Origin: Syncephalis fuscata S228
Taxonomy: Eukaryota; Fungi; Zoopagomycota
NCBI GenBank assembly: GCA_025786725.1
Contig: JAHLTZ010000010.1
Span: forward strand, 558,001 to 622,000
Direction: 5' to 3'
DNA: 64,000 bases
Shown here: positions 14,504 through 26,894 of the stretch, in pieces
Numbering within the stretch: position 1 is the first letter of the stretch
Layout of the letters: each line of letters starts with the position of its first letter
Position numbers and translations under genes: made by a program
The notes under the pieces: model-generated
What the model was told of the DNA's origin: nothing
The model's input: only the letters and a program-made list of their open reading frames with translations
Databases searched by the model: none

Positions 14504-15626
14504 GTTTAACTAGCAATAACAGCATCAAAATAAGTGCGTAATAAAGAAGAAAGGCAATAATAGGCACAAATGGAAAAAGGGCATGTACAAATGTGGGCTG
14601 CTTTATTCTATTTACAACGTTCAATGGTTACACAGTTGTATGACTATTGAGAAATAAACTGTGTTATTAGTTTTTATAAATAAAAAGTATAGTGAATCAC
14701 ATAAAGTTACGGTGAGTTGTCTGTAAAAACCAAACAAAGCCTAGAATATGGTAAAAGTGTGCAGTTACAAAGTCTAATGTGAGAAATAAATAATTTATAA
14801 TTGCCATATTTGGCAATAATAATATTTTATATTTCAGTCTTTTTTTACTAACATTTATTTAAAATACTGTGACGATCGTAAACAATATAGTGATGCAATT
14901 TGCAATTTTATTAAGCGCGGTTGTATATAGTAGTTAATAAACCTGTAAAATAGTCGTGAATAATTTATTAATATTAAGCCAAATAAATACTTTACCTTTT
15001 CAGATAGTGTTTGATATAATTCTACTTTATTTTAATAAATTGCTTATCGAAGGGATTTGCCATATTTTTTACCGTAATTCTTTAAAATAAAAGTTACTAT
15101 GAAAATTTTAATAAAATTACAGATTTACTGATGTGTGTGCGAATGCTGCACTGCTTTGCTACATGAAAGTCGTGACTGCAGCAATTATTTCACAAAAGCA
15201 AGCATGAAACATATTGGTACATTGCAGATCTTTCTGTCGCGAAGATGTAAATTTTTAGTGACTTGACAATTAGCTATAAATTATGACGAAACATATTGTC
15301 ATTTTATTAATTAAACAATATTCTCCAATTTATTGCTTATATCAATATATTTACCAAGCTGTTAAATACCATCTTTCAGCACTTATCCAGCTGGTCTGCC
15401 GATCTTTTAGTTTGATTCGAGCTTTATTAAATATCCGAAAAGTACTACACTGCTGTATTTTGTTACTTACCCGAGCTTACAAAACACTGGTCCACTGTTG
15501 TTATCTGCACCAAGTTGCTACTTTCTAAACCTTTCTAATCTGGATAGCGCAGGATCGCTCTGAAAAAGATCGCTATTACCTGTTAATTTCAAGTCAACTA
15601 TACTCAGCTACAATAACGTCGCAAAC

Positions 15627-16578
15627 ATGAAGCCTACAATTTGCCTGGCTATTTCACTATTCTGGCCACTATCGGTCTTACCAGCGCCAGTTCTAAGCCA
15701 AATGTCACTAAAATGCTATGCTTGGTCAACAAGTTTCGACATGAAAATGGTCTTGCCCCGTTAGGTCTTGATACAGGATTAATCGCGGCATCCCAAAAGC
15801 ATAGCCAACTTATGGCAGATACCCGTACAATGGAGCATCAGTTGTCAGGGGAACCAGATCTGTTTCCACGCATTAATTCGGTTACATCGCAGACAAAGTG
15901 GACGGGTGTAGCGGAAAACATTGCCTATGGTCAAAAGGACGAGGAAACAGTGACCGATACTTGGATCAAATCGCCGGGTCATCGTGCCAATATGCTTGGT
16001 ACTTACACGCATTTTGGTGGCGGTATGTCTGTAGGTGATGATAATCTTAAATATTGGACGCAGGACTTTGGCAACGATGGACAACATCACGATTTCCCCA
16101 TTTGTCCCGAAGAAGATGCATCGCTGACAACGACGTCGCCAACACCCTCAGCCACACATCAACGATTGCCGGTAGTCATAATGCCGTGCTTGATACTTAC
16201 AATCATAGTGATGGCAAGCGTCAAAAGGAAGATGATTCTCCATCTTACACACTAGATGGCACTTGCACTGTCGGTCAAAGTCGCTGTGATGGCAACGACA
16301 GGCTTGTTTGCCGCAATAAGCGTAGCTGGACACGTTATACTTGCCCACAGTCACATAGCTGCCAGGTCACAGGCAATGAGGCGCAATGTTATACGGCAAA
16401 TAACTACCATCAAAGCAATTCTAGCAAATCTATGCCAGTTCAACGTGCTACTCAACCCGTTAAAACCCGTACTGTTAAACATATAACGCCGTCCACCCAT
16501 GGCAAATACCACGATAAATCCAGCAAGATAAAACAAGATACCGACCGCAATACTAGTCAAGAAGCCTCCTGTTTATGA
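15627..16578 (+). CDS. Secreted CAP (SCP/PR-1, YkwD-like) protein with a C-terminal Cys-rich module; two apparent frameshifts (about 15652 and 16155)
   Basis: Signal peptide MKPTICLAI(F)TILATIGLTSA. CAP motifs LVNKFRHENGLAPL, AENIAYGQ, WIKSPGHRANML and YWTQDFG. The second frame gives CTVGQSRCDGNDRLVC..WTRYTCPQSHSCQ. Confidence 0.8.
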
Positions 16579-17388
16579 TTGACATATTTGTCATACTGAA
16601 TGGTGTTTCAAGCGCGTTGCCGCATTAATAATATTTTAGCTGGAAATTCATTGTCACAATTGCTCATTTTTAATAAAAATTGGCTTAATTTTTAGTGAAA
16701 ATCATGTTTAGAATAATGGTGTGCTTTTGTGTACTATTTTATTTTTCATATGTTATCAGAAGCGTGCAGTTGCCTTGTAGTTATCATTTTGACCAACATG
16801 TGGATTGGTTTTTGTATTTCCAAATTGATTTGTCGTGTCGAAATGTGCTATCTACTTGCCGTTCATTCCAAACTTATGTATCGCACGTGTTTATCAAACA
16901 GGAATTATACTTATCAACTATCGATTTACCATGCAGGTATCGCATTTGGCGATTGGCGGAGTTGGTTGGAATGACTGAAAAAGGAAACGCGGCTATGATG
17001 CTTCGGAGTAAATTGCAGCAGTTTTCTTTTTAGCACTTTTCTGTTTCCACGTGTCGAGATTATAGGAAAATACATGAGCGCGCTTTTAACAACGGCTTTG
17101 TATAAAGGCAATGGTGCGATTATTAGTCGATTTTGCTTATCACTACTATTCGCTTGTTTTATGCTACTTTAGTTGGGTACTTGGTAGTAATTTATTACAT
17201 TCTACTGATATTAATACTCTACTTCTATATTTGCCTTCACGACTACTTTATCTTTTTAATACTTCACGTTATACGGAATCCTAACGCGCTACATATAACA
17301 ATTTTATTCCAAAATTTATGCGACCAGCGAATAACACATTCGACATCTTTCAACGAACACTATATTACGATTATTTACGACTAGCGTC

Positions 17389-17829
17389 ATGAACTATTTC
17401 AAAACCTTAATTGTTGCTATGGTCATGGCTGTTGCCATCTTGACTAATTTTGTTGTCGCGGATGTAGCTGATGATATGTTGAATGCGCTTAATGCTTTGC
17501 GTGCCAAATACATCCTTCCTCCGCTTCAAAAAAGCGATACTCTTGTTGCTGGTGCGCAAAAGCACAGCGATGAGATGAAGAATAGCCACGTTTTGGGCCA
17601 TTTCTTAAATGGAGAGCCTGGTCTTATGGAACGTTACCAAGGCCCGGAAAAGCTACGACGAGTTGCTGAAAACATTTCAGCAGAAACTACTCTACAACAA
17701 GCCATGGACAAGTGGGAAATCTCTGGAGTACATTTTGGTCACATGACTTCTTCATCCTTCCGCTTTTTCGGCGGTGGCTTGGCAGTAGGTGCTGATGGTG
17801 CTTACTACTGGACACAGGCATTTGCCTAG
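17389..17829 (+). CDS. Small secreted single-domain CAP protein
   Basis: Signal peptide, then MLNALNALRAKYILPPL, AQKHSDEM, AENIS and YYWTQAFA. Intronless, 146 aa. Confidence 0.85.
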   Translation: MNYFKTLIVAMVMAVAILTNFVVADVADDMLNALNALRAKYILPPLQKSDTLVAGAQKHSDEMKNSHVLGHFLNGEPGLMERYQGPEKLRRVAENISAETTLQQAMDKWEISGVHFGHMTSSSFRFFGGGLAVGADGAYYWTQAFA

Positions 17830-18069
17830 TCCAACGATAATGCCGTGTTTTTGCCTACCAATTAGATTTACAATAAAATACTGAGTAATTTTGGTTTGAT
17901 TCAAATAGCAATGTTGTCTTGAATGGACCACTTTAATTATCGCATGATCTACGTGCATGACAACCCCGTGATCACAGAAAAGATTGTCACATTCTCCAAA
18001 GCAACGAACTTTTCATTCTACTGCCGGCATAGCATCTATTTCTTTCGTTAAGTTCGTATATATCAATTG

Positions 18070-19661
18070 ATGGCCTGTCAACGCCCAGCTGTGTGTAATT
18101 TGCCAGTAATTGTTTTATGGCGATTGTTTGCGTTTTTGGACGATGATTCGTTGCTGACATTTCTTAGCTCGTGCTATCACATCTTCGATGTTGCAGATGA
18201 AGATGATACTGAGTGGCAGCGCTGGTTTATGAAGCGCTTTTCCGATAGTATAGAAACGTCGACATGGAGGCATTGGCATATTCATATGCTTGATAAGACT
18301 CACCTTTTATTTGGAAAAAATCGAGACAATAGGCAGCAAAGTAACGGCAGTCATTGGCTACAGCATTGCATTGCTCGATTGTGTCTTGAGAGAAATTGGC
18401 GGCAAGGTATTACTTCTTTGCAAGAGTTTACAATTCCAAATACTTCATTTTCAGATACATCAACCTTACCAACTACTCGTATTGTTACAACTAGTGTATG
18501 GGGCACCTTATTACTTACTAACAATGGCCATCTTTACTACGTCACCCACGAACTAAAGCCGAAACTTACCTATCTATATGATTTGTCCAATGACTGCCCA
18601 AGCGCATCTTATAGTTTTGTTAGTGGCATATCAAACAAGCATTATATTGTTGCTGTAGGCCCATTGGGTAGAAATAATACTGAATTTAATGATGAAAATC
18701 AACAATGGCTTTATTACTGGAACACTGACAAGTTGGAATCACAACCACCCCGTAAATTGGAGTATCTGGACAAAATCATAAAGATTGAGTCTTTAAATGG
18801 TCACTGGCTTCTATTAAGAGAGCCCATTCTTTCCGATGAAAATCACGCTGCCTGTATCGTCAATCTGGCCCATCCTATGCCTATACCAGTAAGAACGGCA
18901 ACTCATTGGAATACCTATTCCATTGTCGAGTCCGCCGACAATACATGTACTATTTATGCCGGTGCATTAAACACTAATACACAGCTTGACTCTACCCTTT
19001 ATTCTTGGGATCTGCTTCAATCGAGCCTAATTGATGTACGAACCGTAGCGTCTCAGCAGCGAATCATTGTGCCACTGCGTGTTAGTAAATTGGGCGAGCG
19101 CAGATGTCGGCTACTCAACGATAATGTCATTATGGTTTGGCAGATTCCTGTAAAAAGCCCACCATCTTCACAGTCAACGCTTGTAGAAAGCTCTCGTCGC
19201 AATAGTACGGAATTTAATACTCCACGCAATACACATACATTTGCAAATGCCTCGTCGGCTACTCCAGCCTGCCAAAGTAACATCTTTTTTATTCACGATG
19301 TAAAGTCATCGTCTGTTTGTACTCGGGTAGCTTTTTGGGCCAGGTGCCTATTGTTTCTCTTCAAAAAAAGCGTATTATTATTCTCAATGAAAGCAGTCTG
19401 GAATTGGTCGATATGGCAACAAGACAAACTATTTTTGAAACAACCGTCGCCAAAAACTTGATACATTTAGGATTTGTTTTGACTGGTTCTGGGTGCTCAG
19501 CATCCTCGGGTGGATTTTTCACTATGAGCATGGATCAGAATCCCCAAATTGGCTGGATTCCTTCGGTAAGCGGAAAAGGTACGGCGGCCATTAGTACAAC
19601 TACTGTGACGAAAGTATCGGACAACGAAATAGCCATTTGGAGCATGCATCCCTCGGTATAA
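18070..19661 (+). CDS. F-box-like protein with a probable beta-rich C-terminus; apparent frameshift near 19320
   Basis: F-box-like start NLPVIVLWRLFAFLDDDSLLTFLSSCYHIF and W...C.AR..LERNWRQG motif. The 464-aa ORF is continued by an overlapping 114-aa ORF. Confidence 0.6.
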
Positions 19662-19988
19662 CTGTTAATAAGTATTAATAACTGTAGTAATCTTTATTTT
19701 TTTATAATAAAACTAGCTGTGGCAGATACAAAAAGGACTGTTGTTATTGATCAAGTAAAAGTAGTTAACTCTGTATTTATTTTACATTTATAGCAAAAAT
19801 AACATTAAAATGTAAATAAAACTAATTATTATAATTGCGTAAAAGTAAAAAGGTTTAATAATTAGTCTTGCTAAATACAATTGTTTAATAACCTATTTAT
19901 TTATTGCAGATTGAATAGACAAAGAAATGACAAAAGTGTATAATGAATACTGATAAGCTATTGTTCCGCTTAAGATCCAACCATTGGC

Positions 19989-22241
19989 TTAGTTATTGCC
20001 TTTGCTGCTGCGTCCAATTGAACCGAAAATTGATTTAAACAGCTGCTTCACTGGTGGCTTGGATGTGGTAGTTGACTTAGTGTCAGAAGTGCTAGTGCTC
20101 TTCACCGATCCACGCGATACTTTGAACGAAATACGCTTGAAAGGATTGGACGATCGCTTGCTATTGAAAATATTATCATTGTTTATAGGCGATGTTGGTG
20201 AAGGAGTTACAATGGAAGATGAGTTTGACGAATAGCTTGACTTGGTATTAACGACAGGTGTATTGTCCGATGATTCAATCACTTCAACAGTGTGTGTAAC
20301 ACGGCTTGTATGTCCGCCAGAGTTAGAGTCGAGTCTAGATAGTGGTGGCGTTGATGATGACGACGATTCATCGGTTGTAGTTGTTTTCGTCACTACCGTG
20401 ACATAGACATCATTCTCGTAGGTCATGCCGTCAAATGGCTTCTCGTCATCTTCATCCAATTGGGCAAATAGCTGAGTCCAATAAGGCTTGTTATTTGCAT
20501 CATTAGCCATGGCAATGCCAAAGTGCGTGTAATCGCCGAGAATATTGTCGCGATGCTGAGGCGATTTAAGCCATACATCCATGACAAGCTTCTCGTCGGC
20601 ACTGCCAAAGCCAACATTCTCAGCCCACGCACTCCATTGACGACCCTTGGACACCGCATTAATGCGACTAACAAGATCAGGTTCACCTGGTAGCTGATGC
20701 GACATTTGACCGGCACATGCCTGTTCCATACAATGATCATGCGCAGCCTGGGCCAATCGTGGATCATGAATAAGCGGCCTCTTATTGCATTTTGCTCGCT
20801 CTTCATTGACCAAGTCAAGTGCCGCGGCCATTTTAGCCGCCATAGCAGACGGTGTTAAAGTGATTGTGCTGGCTGGACGTGGCTTGCCATTCGTCGACAC
20901 GTATTCAATTATCGTCTCGACTACTTCGTCACCTGATGTCGGCTTACCCATTGTACCGAATACTTGTGTCCAGTAAGGCTTGCCGTTGCGATGAGCAATG
21001 CCTATACCCATATGCGTGTAATTGCCGAGAATGTTATCTCGATGCTGTGGCGAGTTCATCCACATGCTCATAACAACACGCTCATTATCATTTCCAAAGC
21101 CAACATTCTCCCCCCAGGCCATCCATCGCTTGTTGGGAGCAGTCACTTCATTCACACGTGCAACAAGATCGGCTTCATCTGGTAGCTGATGCGACATTTT
21201 GCCTGCACCTGCCTGTGCTTCGCTATGAAGCTGAGCTGCCTTAATTAGGCAGTCATCCAGCGCCAGCAATGATAGGTTCGTCTTTTGTCGTTCCTCGTTG
21301 ACTAGTTTAAGCACGCTTTGCAGTTGCTCCTCTCCTGGAGCTTCTTCGTGTGGCAGCGGCGATAGAGGCGGTGTAGGCATGCTATTATCTTCTTCTTGAG
21401 TACTGCCATCATTGGCAAACACTTGAGTCCAGTAAGGCTTATTATCGACGCCAACGGCCATAGCTGTACCCATATGTGTATAATCAGCTAGGATGTTTTC
21501 TCGATGCTTTGGTGAATTCATCCAGCTTTCCATCATAACGTCCTCCTTCTTGCTGCCAAAGCCAACGTTTTCGGCCCATCCGACCCATGACTTGCCTTCC
21601 GACACCTTAGTCACACGAGTGATTAGATCTGGCTCGTCAGGTAGTCGGTGGCTCATGGAAGCCGCTTGGCCTTGCAAGTCACTGTGTAGCTGTGCGGCAC
21701 GTACTAAGCACTGATCAATAAATAATGGCCTGCAGCCATGTTGAACTCGTTGTTTGTTAACCAGCTGCAACATTCGTTCAATGGCTGCCTCATCTGTAAT
21801 TTGATGCTTTGGCTTGTTGTGCTGATGTTCTTTCATTGGACGACCATCCTCGGGACACACGGAGCCGTCGTTGGCAAATACTTGGGTCCAGAAGAACTTG
21901 CCCTGTGCAGAGGTCGACATGGCCGCCGCAAAGTGGGTATGCGCACCAGTGATATTTTTGTGATGACTAGGCGATTTGATCCAACTTCGCATCATCGTCT
22001 CTTCAGATTGGCTGCCAGCACCAACATTCTCGGCCCAGATGGTCCACTTGCCTTCTGGCGATACTGACTTGACACGCTTAAGTAGATCGTCTTCACCTGG
22101 CATCAGATGGCCCATCTTGTTTTCCCTGGCTTGTGCATCGCTGTGTGCTTTGGCGGCCTTCAGTAAGCATGGGTCCATGATGAGCGCCGGCTTATTGTGG
22201 CGCGCGCGCTCTTCGTTGACCAGTTGTAGCATTTTAGACAT
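19989..22241 (-). CDS. Intronless protein with four tandem CAP domains and a Ser/Thr-rich tail; no signal peptide
   Basis: Four repeats of LVN.ER....L..D.CL..AA..HS..QA....MSH.LP.E.DL..RV....W..WAENVG.G...E...M..W..SP.H..NI...YTH.G..M......PYWTQ.F in a 750-aa ORF. Confidence 0.9.
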   Translation of the reverse strand: MSKMLQLVNEERARHNKPALIMDPCLLKAAKAHSDAQARENKMGHLMPGEDDLLKRVKSVSPEGKWTIWAENVGAGSQSEETMMRSWIKSPSHHKNITGAHTHFAAAMSTSAQGKFFWTQVFANDGSVCPEDGRPMKEHQHNKPKHQITDEAAIERMLQLVNKQRVQHGCRPLFIDQCLVRAAQLHSDLQGQAASMSHRLPDEPDLITRVTKVSEGKSWVGWAENVGFGSKKEDVMMESWMNSPKHRENILADYTHMGTAMAVGVDNKPYWTQVFANDGSTQEEDNSMPTPPLSPLPHEEAPGEEQLQSVLKLVNEERQKTNLSLLALDDCLIKAAQLHSEAQAGAGKMSHQLPDEADLVARVNEVTAPNKRWMAWGENVGFGNDNERVVMSMWMNSPQHRDNILGNYTHMGIGIAHRNGKPYWTQVFGTMGKPTSGDEVVETIIEYVSTNGKPRPASTITLTPSAMAAKMAAALDLVNEERAKCNKRPLIHDPRLAQAAHDHCMEQACAGQMSHQLPGEPDLVSRINAVSKGRQWSAWAENVGFGSADEKLVMDVWLKSPQHRDNILGDYTHFGIAMANDANNKPYWTQLFAQLDEDDEKPFDGMTYENDVYVTVVTKTTTTDESSSSSTPPLSRLDSNSGGHTSRVTHTVEVIESSDNTPVVNTKSSYSSNSSSIVTPSPTSPINNDNIFNSKRSSNPFKRISFKVSRGSVKSTSTSDTKSTTTSKPPVKQLFKSIFGSIGRSSKGNN

Positions 22242-22967
22242 ATTGTATGTGTTTTCTGGTTAGAATTGTGATATCTAAGTGGGATAAATGGTGGTGATAG
22301 ATTTAGTTGAAAAATAAACGGCGAACAAATATGTTACTGAATATTTTCAAAAAAATCAGCGTTAGTTTGCAATAAATGTAAATCCAAAGCACTACACTCT
22401 AATCAATAGTAGGTTTGGTAACGTGTCTAATTGTGTTGATGTTTAAGGGAGATAAAAGCAGTTAATATCAAAAATAAACGATTGAAATGGTGTTGCTGTA
22501 ATGGCGTGTAGAATTGACTAAACACAACAAGAACACACCAATTTATAGATAGACGCCCATTTCGATTAGACCAGAGAAAAGGCTGCCAAAAAAAGAAAAC
22601 GCATAGCCACTAAAACAGTACTTACCGGCACCAGTGCAGCAGCAGTATCCTTGACGTGGATATCCAATAGTTGGCTGTAGTACTTTATGGGTCACTGCCG
22701 TTACACGCAGTAGTATTCAGACAAAAAGTCGACTAGAATGTCGTTCGTTGAATCAATTGGTGGTTGTGTGTAAACGTTCTTTCTCGTTCGATCTGCAGTG
22801 ACTGTTTGTTGATGTTATGTAGAGACGGCCCGATATTGATTTGGCATGCAAGTACCAAGTAGGGCGCAGTTATTTGCCAGAAATTGCTATTACTGGTAGC
22901 GTAGATAGAAGACCGCTGAGAACAAATACAACGGCTTGTTACTGAATATATGTGTAAGTCGTATTGA

Positions 22968-22996
22968 TAGTAGTAGTAGTAGTAGTAGTAGTAGTA
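22968..22996. repeat. (TAG)n microsatellite
   Basis: About nine perfect TAG units upstream of the 4xCAP gene. Confidence 0.9.
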
Positions 22997-23539
22997 CGAA
23001 AAGAAACAAAGATAACAACTAGCAAGTGGCAAATGTCATATCGTCAAACTAGTTATATTAGCTGCCGAGCGCAGCGCTTTTTATTGTGAAGCGACGGAAT
23101 AGGCCAAACTGATGCATGGGTCAGCCTATCTCTGTCGTGCAATGAAAAGATGCAGCACGGTTCAAGGAGAATAATGTGTATGTCTGTTTGGTGTTCATGT
23201 GTGTACACTGTTTTACCGCATGCTCTGTACAGTCGGCTGCATGCAGTTCGGCTTGTTGGCTATACCTGAAGCTTTTTATTCATGCTTTTGTCATAGCAAT
23301 ACATATGGTAGCCAAGCAGTAGCATGTGGCATTTGTAATTAAGCATGCGACGTGCAGAGTCGGCATACTATGTATCAGATGAACGAAGCATTACAGATTT
23401 ATATGTAAAAATGACATCGTATTGTAATAAATGTCTTACTAGTCTATTTATATCGTCAAAAACTGATATGCCTATTACTAAATTGGGCAAGAAGCAGTTG
23501 CGTGTTTCATAAACTAAACTTTATACCCATTATGCGTAA

Positions 23540-23760
23540 TTAAATAATGAACTGCAATCTGTAAAATAATAGAATGTAACACGCAATAAAAATGATATGC
23601 CGAGCATGGTTGGCTTTATGGCTGCAGCCAGCATGTTTGCAATGCATGTCCAGTAAAGCATCTATGGCCATCACATATTCTGCGCTACAGTTGACCACAT
23701 AAAAATCATTCAACTTTAGTTTAAATGCCTGCAATCAATTATTCAATGAAAACATATTAT
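23540..23760 (-). pseudogene. Degenerate partial duplicate of the 3' half of the 24168-24617 ORF
   Basis: About 23620-23750 aligns by eye with about 24215-24350 (shared tgaccacataaaa..cattcaactttagttt.aaatgcctgcaatc), with indels. Confidence 0.6.
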
Positions 23761-24167
23761 TCAAAGTTATTGCTAAAATTAAAATTACATAGCAGTATAG
23801 AACACTTTAGATAGACGCAATAGACATTGAGAATGTTAGAATAAAAAGTATTGGCCTGATAAACATATTGTTTATTATTTGGTCCAAATTATTGTTCAAT
23901 ATATTTATTACAATTATATAAATAGTCAGGGCAGGACCCTGATGGGAATAAATACCAAAAAGCCAAATTATTGCGTAAATTGTGTTTTTACATCACTTAG
24001 TGAATAGGTGATATAATTACAAGATTTAATGGTATATATGCATTATCTATACTTTTATGACAGTGCTACATCGGACAAAAAATAGCGACACGTTGCATAA
24101 TACTAATATTTATACCAATGATGCGCAATTGAATGATAAACTATTTGTGTGTAAAAATAATAGAATT

Positions 24168-24617
24168 TTAGAGTGCAATAAATAATAACGTGCCGAGTAG
24201 CAGGCCACTTAGCACTTGTAGCCAGTATATTGGCAGTGTATGTCCGGTAGAAGCAGCCATGATCATCATATATTCCGCGCTAACATTTGACCACATAAAA
24301 GACCATTCAACTTTAGTTTTAAATGCCTGCAATCGATTATCTAATAGCAGACATATCAGCTCGTTGGGATATGCAATAACGTTAGGCCAAATGGATCCGA
24401 TGCTGCAACTTTTTACCGGCGATTTTGCAGTACCAATACAAGAATTGAATGGATCGTATCCAATCTCATTATTACGAAGAATTGTTTCAGGAAATGAAGC
24501 AAATTGGCCGACCAATAAAGCTGATGTAAGTAGTTCCGACTTTGGTATAGCGTATACGCCCATAAGCATGCCTTCTGTTACAATGATCGATGCATTGACA
24601 TACCGAGCTTTTCTCAT
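24168..24617 (-). CDS. Hypothetical protein with a C-terminal hydrophobic (GPI/TM-like) tail; 5' end uncertain
   Basis: The frame is open from about 24730. It ends AASTGHTLPIYWLQVLSGLLLGTLLFIAL, and a local duplicate exists. Confidence 0.35.
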   Translation of the reverse strand: MRKARYVNASIIVTEGMLMGVYAIPKSELLTSALLVGQFASFPETILRNNEIGYDPFNSCIGTAKSPVKSCSIGSIWPNVIAYPNELICLLLDNRLQAFKTKVEWSFMWSNVSAEYMMIMAASTGHTLPIYWLQVLSGLLLGTLLFIAL

Positions 24618-25048
24618 GGAGCATATTATGCCTAGTGATTTTGGGTTAACAAAGACCTCAAATGCTTTTCCCTTATATGTGGCAATCAGTGATGTGTAAG
24701 TAATAAACGCTCCATTAATTGATATCCATGTTTACCTGCGTGTAAAATAGGGCCAGTAAAGTAAAAAGCACATATAAATAGTGCATGTTGCTATAATAAT
24801 AATGCTTGTAATGCTAATGGATTGGCAATTGAGTAGAAATATACAAAGGTAGTAGGAAATATAGCACTTTGAAGGCATCACGATGATATATTAATAGAAA
24901 AAAGGCCTGTAAGACTTTGCAGTCCATGGTTGCACGACAATTGCCTATTTTCTTTTAATATAAAGCAATGGCCATTGAACATGGTAAACGGCCTGTATAT
25001 TTTATTCTTTGTTTAGTTCTGCATTTTCAATTTTTGCATCCATTCAGC

Positions 25049-26527
25049 ATGTTATCTGCCGGGACACGGCAAGACGACCCAAAGCGACTTATTATAGCCC
25101 GTTGCATTATCATTAGCTTGATAGTAGCTGGTCTTGCCACCATCACTATTATCCAAGCCAAAAAAGCTGCAAATCCTGTATATATCTATCAAACAAGTGA
25201 ATCAACAGGAACAATAGCTCTTCCAGCATTTATTTTCTATAGCCCAACCAGCTCATTAAGCAACGCTACTCTAGATATGTTTGGGGTATTTATGCGTATA
25301 GGCTCAATACGGCAGGTTGACCAAACTTTAAAAACCGGATTGACCAAACTAACATGGGGCGAGGAAATAGTTAACGGACTTGATTCAGCATCATTGGATC
25401 TTCTAAACCAAATTTCTCCTGTATGGTGTTTCCAGCCAACAGATACGTGGCAATTTACACCAAAGGGAGGATTGATTGATTTTAATTCGACAGCGATAAG
25501 AAATTATACCGATATAACTCTTACAATAACACCTAACCCAACGGTTAATACTACAGAAGGCATGAACAACGTACAGCACGAAATTCAAGTGGTGCTTTTG
25601 GAGGATTCAAATGCACTTCTTCGGGCGCGTAGTAAACATGAGCCTATCGATATTATGACCATTAGCAATAGTTTGAAATTGAAAACCAAATGGAGACAGG
25701 AACAATTTATTAATTTTCGTCAATATGAAGTTCAATCAGGAAAGAAGACTACTATAAAATACGATGCTCAGTCCGCACTAATTTCTACACCAGCAAATGT
25801 AGCGCATATTACAATATTGCCTCAAAATATTCCAACAAGTGATGGTAAACATTTTCTATATGAACGACGTCGTAAACAAGCAAATTTTTCGTGGCTGGAT
25901 TTTTATGGTTCAATAGGTGGTGCTTTGACTGTTTCTTTATCTTCGTTTGCGTTCTTATTTGGCCAACGTCGACTACGTCCTTGGGGTGTTATTCAGCGAT
26001 TTGTGTTTCGAAACCGAATACTCGGCAAGTTTCCTAAATCAGTGGTTGAGATTAACACAATGTTTATGCCAAAGAAAAAAACTTCAACTGAGCATGGTTC
26101 TGCTTTTAACCAAGCTGATATTACGTCAAATTCAAACCTAAATTTGAATAATGGCAATACAACTTAGAAAATGCTAATAAATCGGATTCAAATATCGACA
26201 ATCATAACAATAATCGACAATCGGCATTTCTCAATTTATCGGTAGATTCAGCTGAACGGACTATGGTTGCAGATAATGAATCACTCGTTCAAGAAGTCGC
26301 GCAGCTTAAAGCTTTGGTTTATTCACTATGGAGCCAGAAATGACTCAAACTCTGAAGTATCAAGATTCAATTCTAACGAATACAATGAGATCCGTTTTGC
26401 CGAACTTGAGTCTTTTCGTCAGCGTGTAGAATCATTTTATTTAGCTGATGATATATTTGTTAAACACGATGACAGCAAGGAAAAGCAGCAATCTAAATCA
26501 AAAGTTATAGCAGAGCTGAATTGGTAA
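25049..26527 (+). CDS. Uncharacterised two-TM membrane protein with a large extracellular loop; apparent frameshift(s) after about 26160
   Basis: TM1 IIISLIVAGLATITII, a loop of about 240 aa with N-glycosylation sequons, TM2 WLDFYGSIGGALTVSLSSFAFLFG followed by RLRPWGVIQRF, and a C-terminal RFAELESFRQRVESFYL segment. Confidence 0.65.
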
Positions 26528-26894
26528 GCTTGATTAAGTTTGGATAGAATACACGTCATACTACTTTGCATGTGTTTTAATAAAATGATGTTTATTGCAA
26601 CATGATACGCCTCAACTGTGCATCACCATGGATTGGCAATTTTCAAACAGGGGTACATTTATATGGCGGTGTAACCTTATGGACTGCATTTCATGTGTTC
26701 ATATTGGTATAAGAACTAACGTGTTTCTTGAAATGGCTATCATTTATGCCATAAACGCCTTCTCTGACACTCGTCTTCCGCCTGTCGACCAGTCACAGCT
26801 TGTCGCTTTTTATTTTGTAGTTTTTGTTTAGCCGGTCTAAACATACCATATTATCGAATTAGCACATAGTGTATTTACCTGTTACTTTATCACC

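Noticed and set aside
19996-22263. Multiple antisense ORFs over the 4xCAP gene (likewise over NDK, LARP1 and PRP22)
   Set aside because: These are shadow ORFs of well-supported opposite-strand genes.
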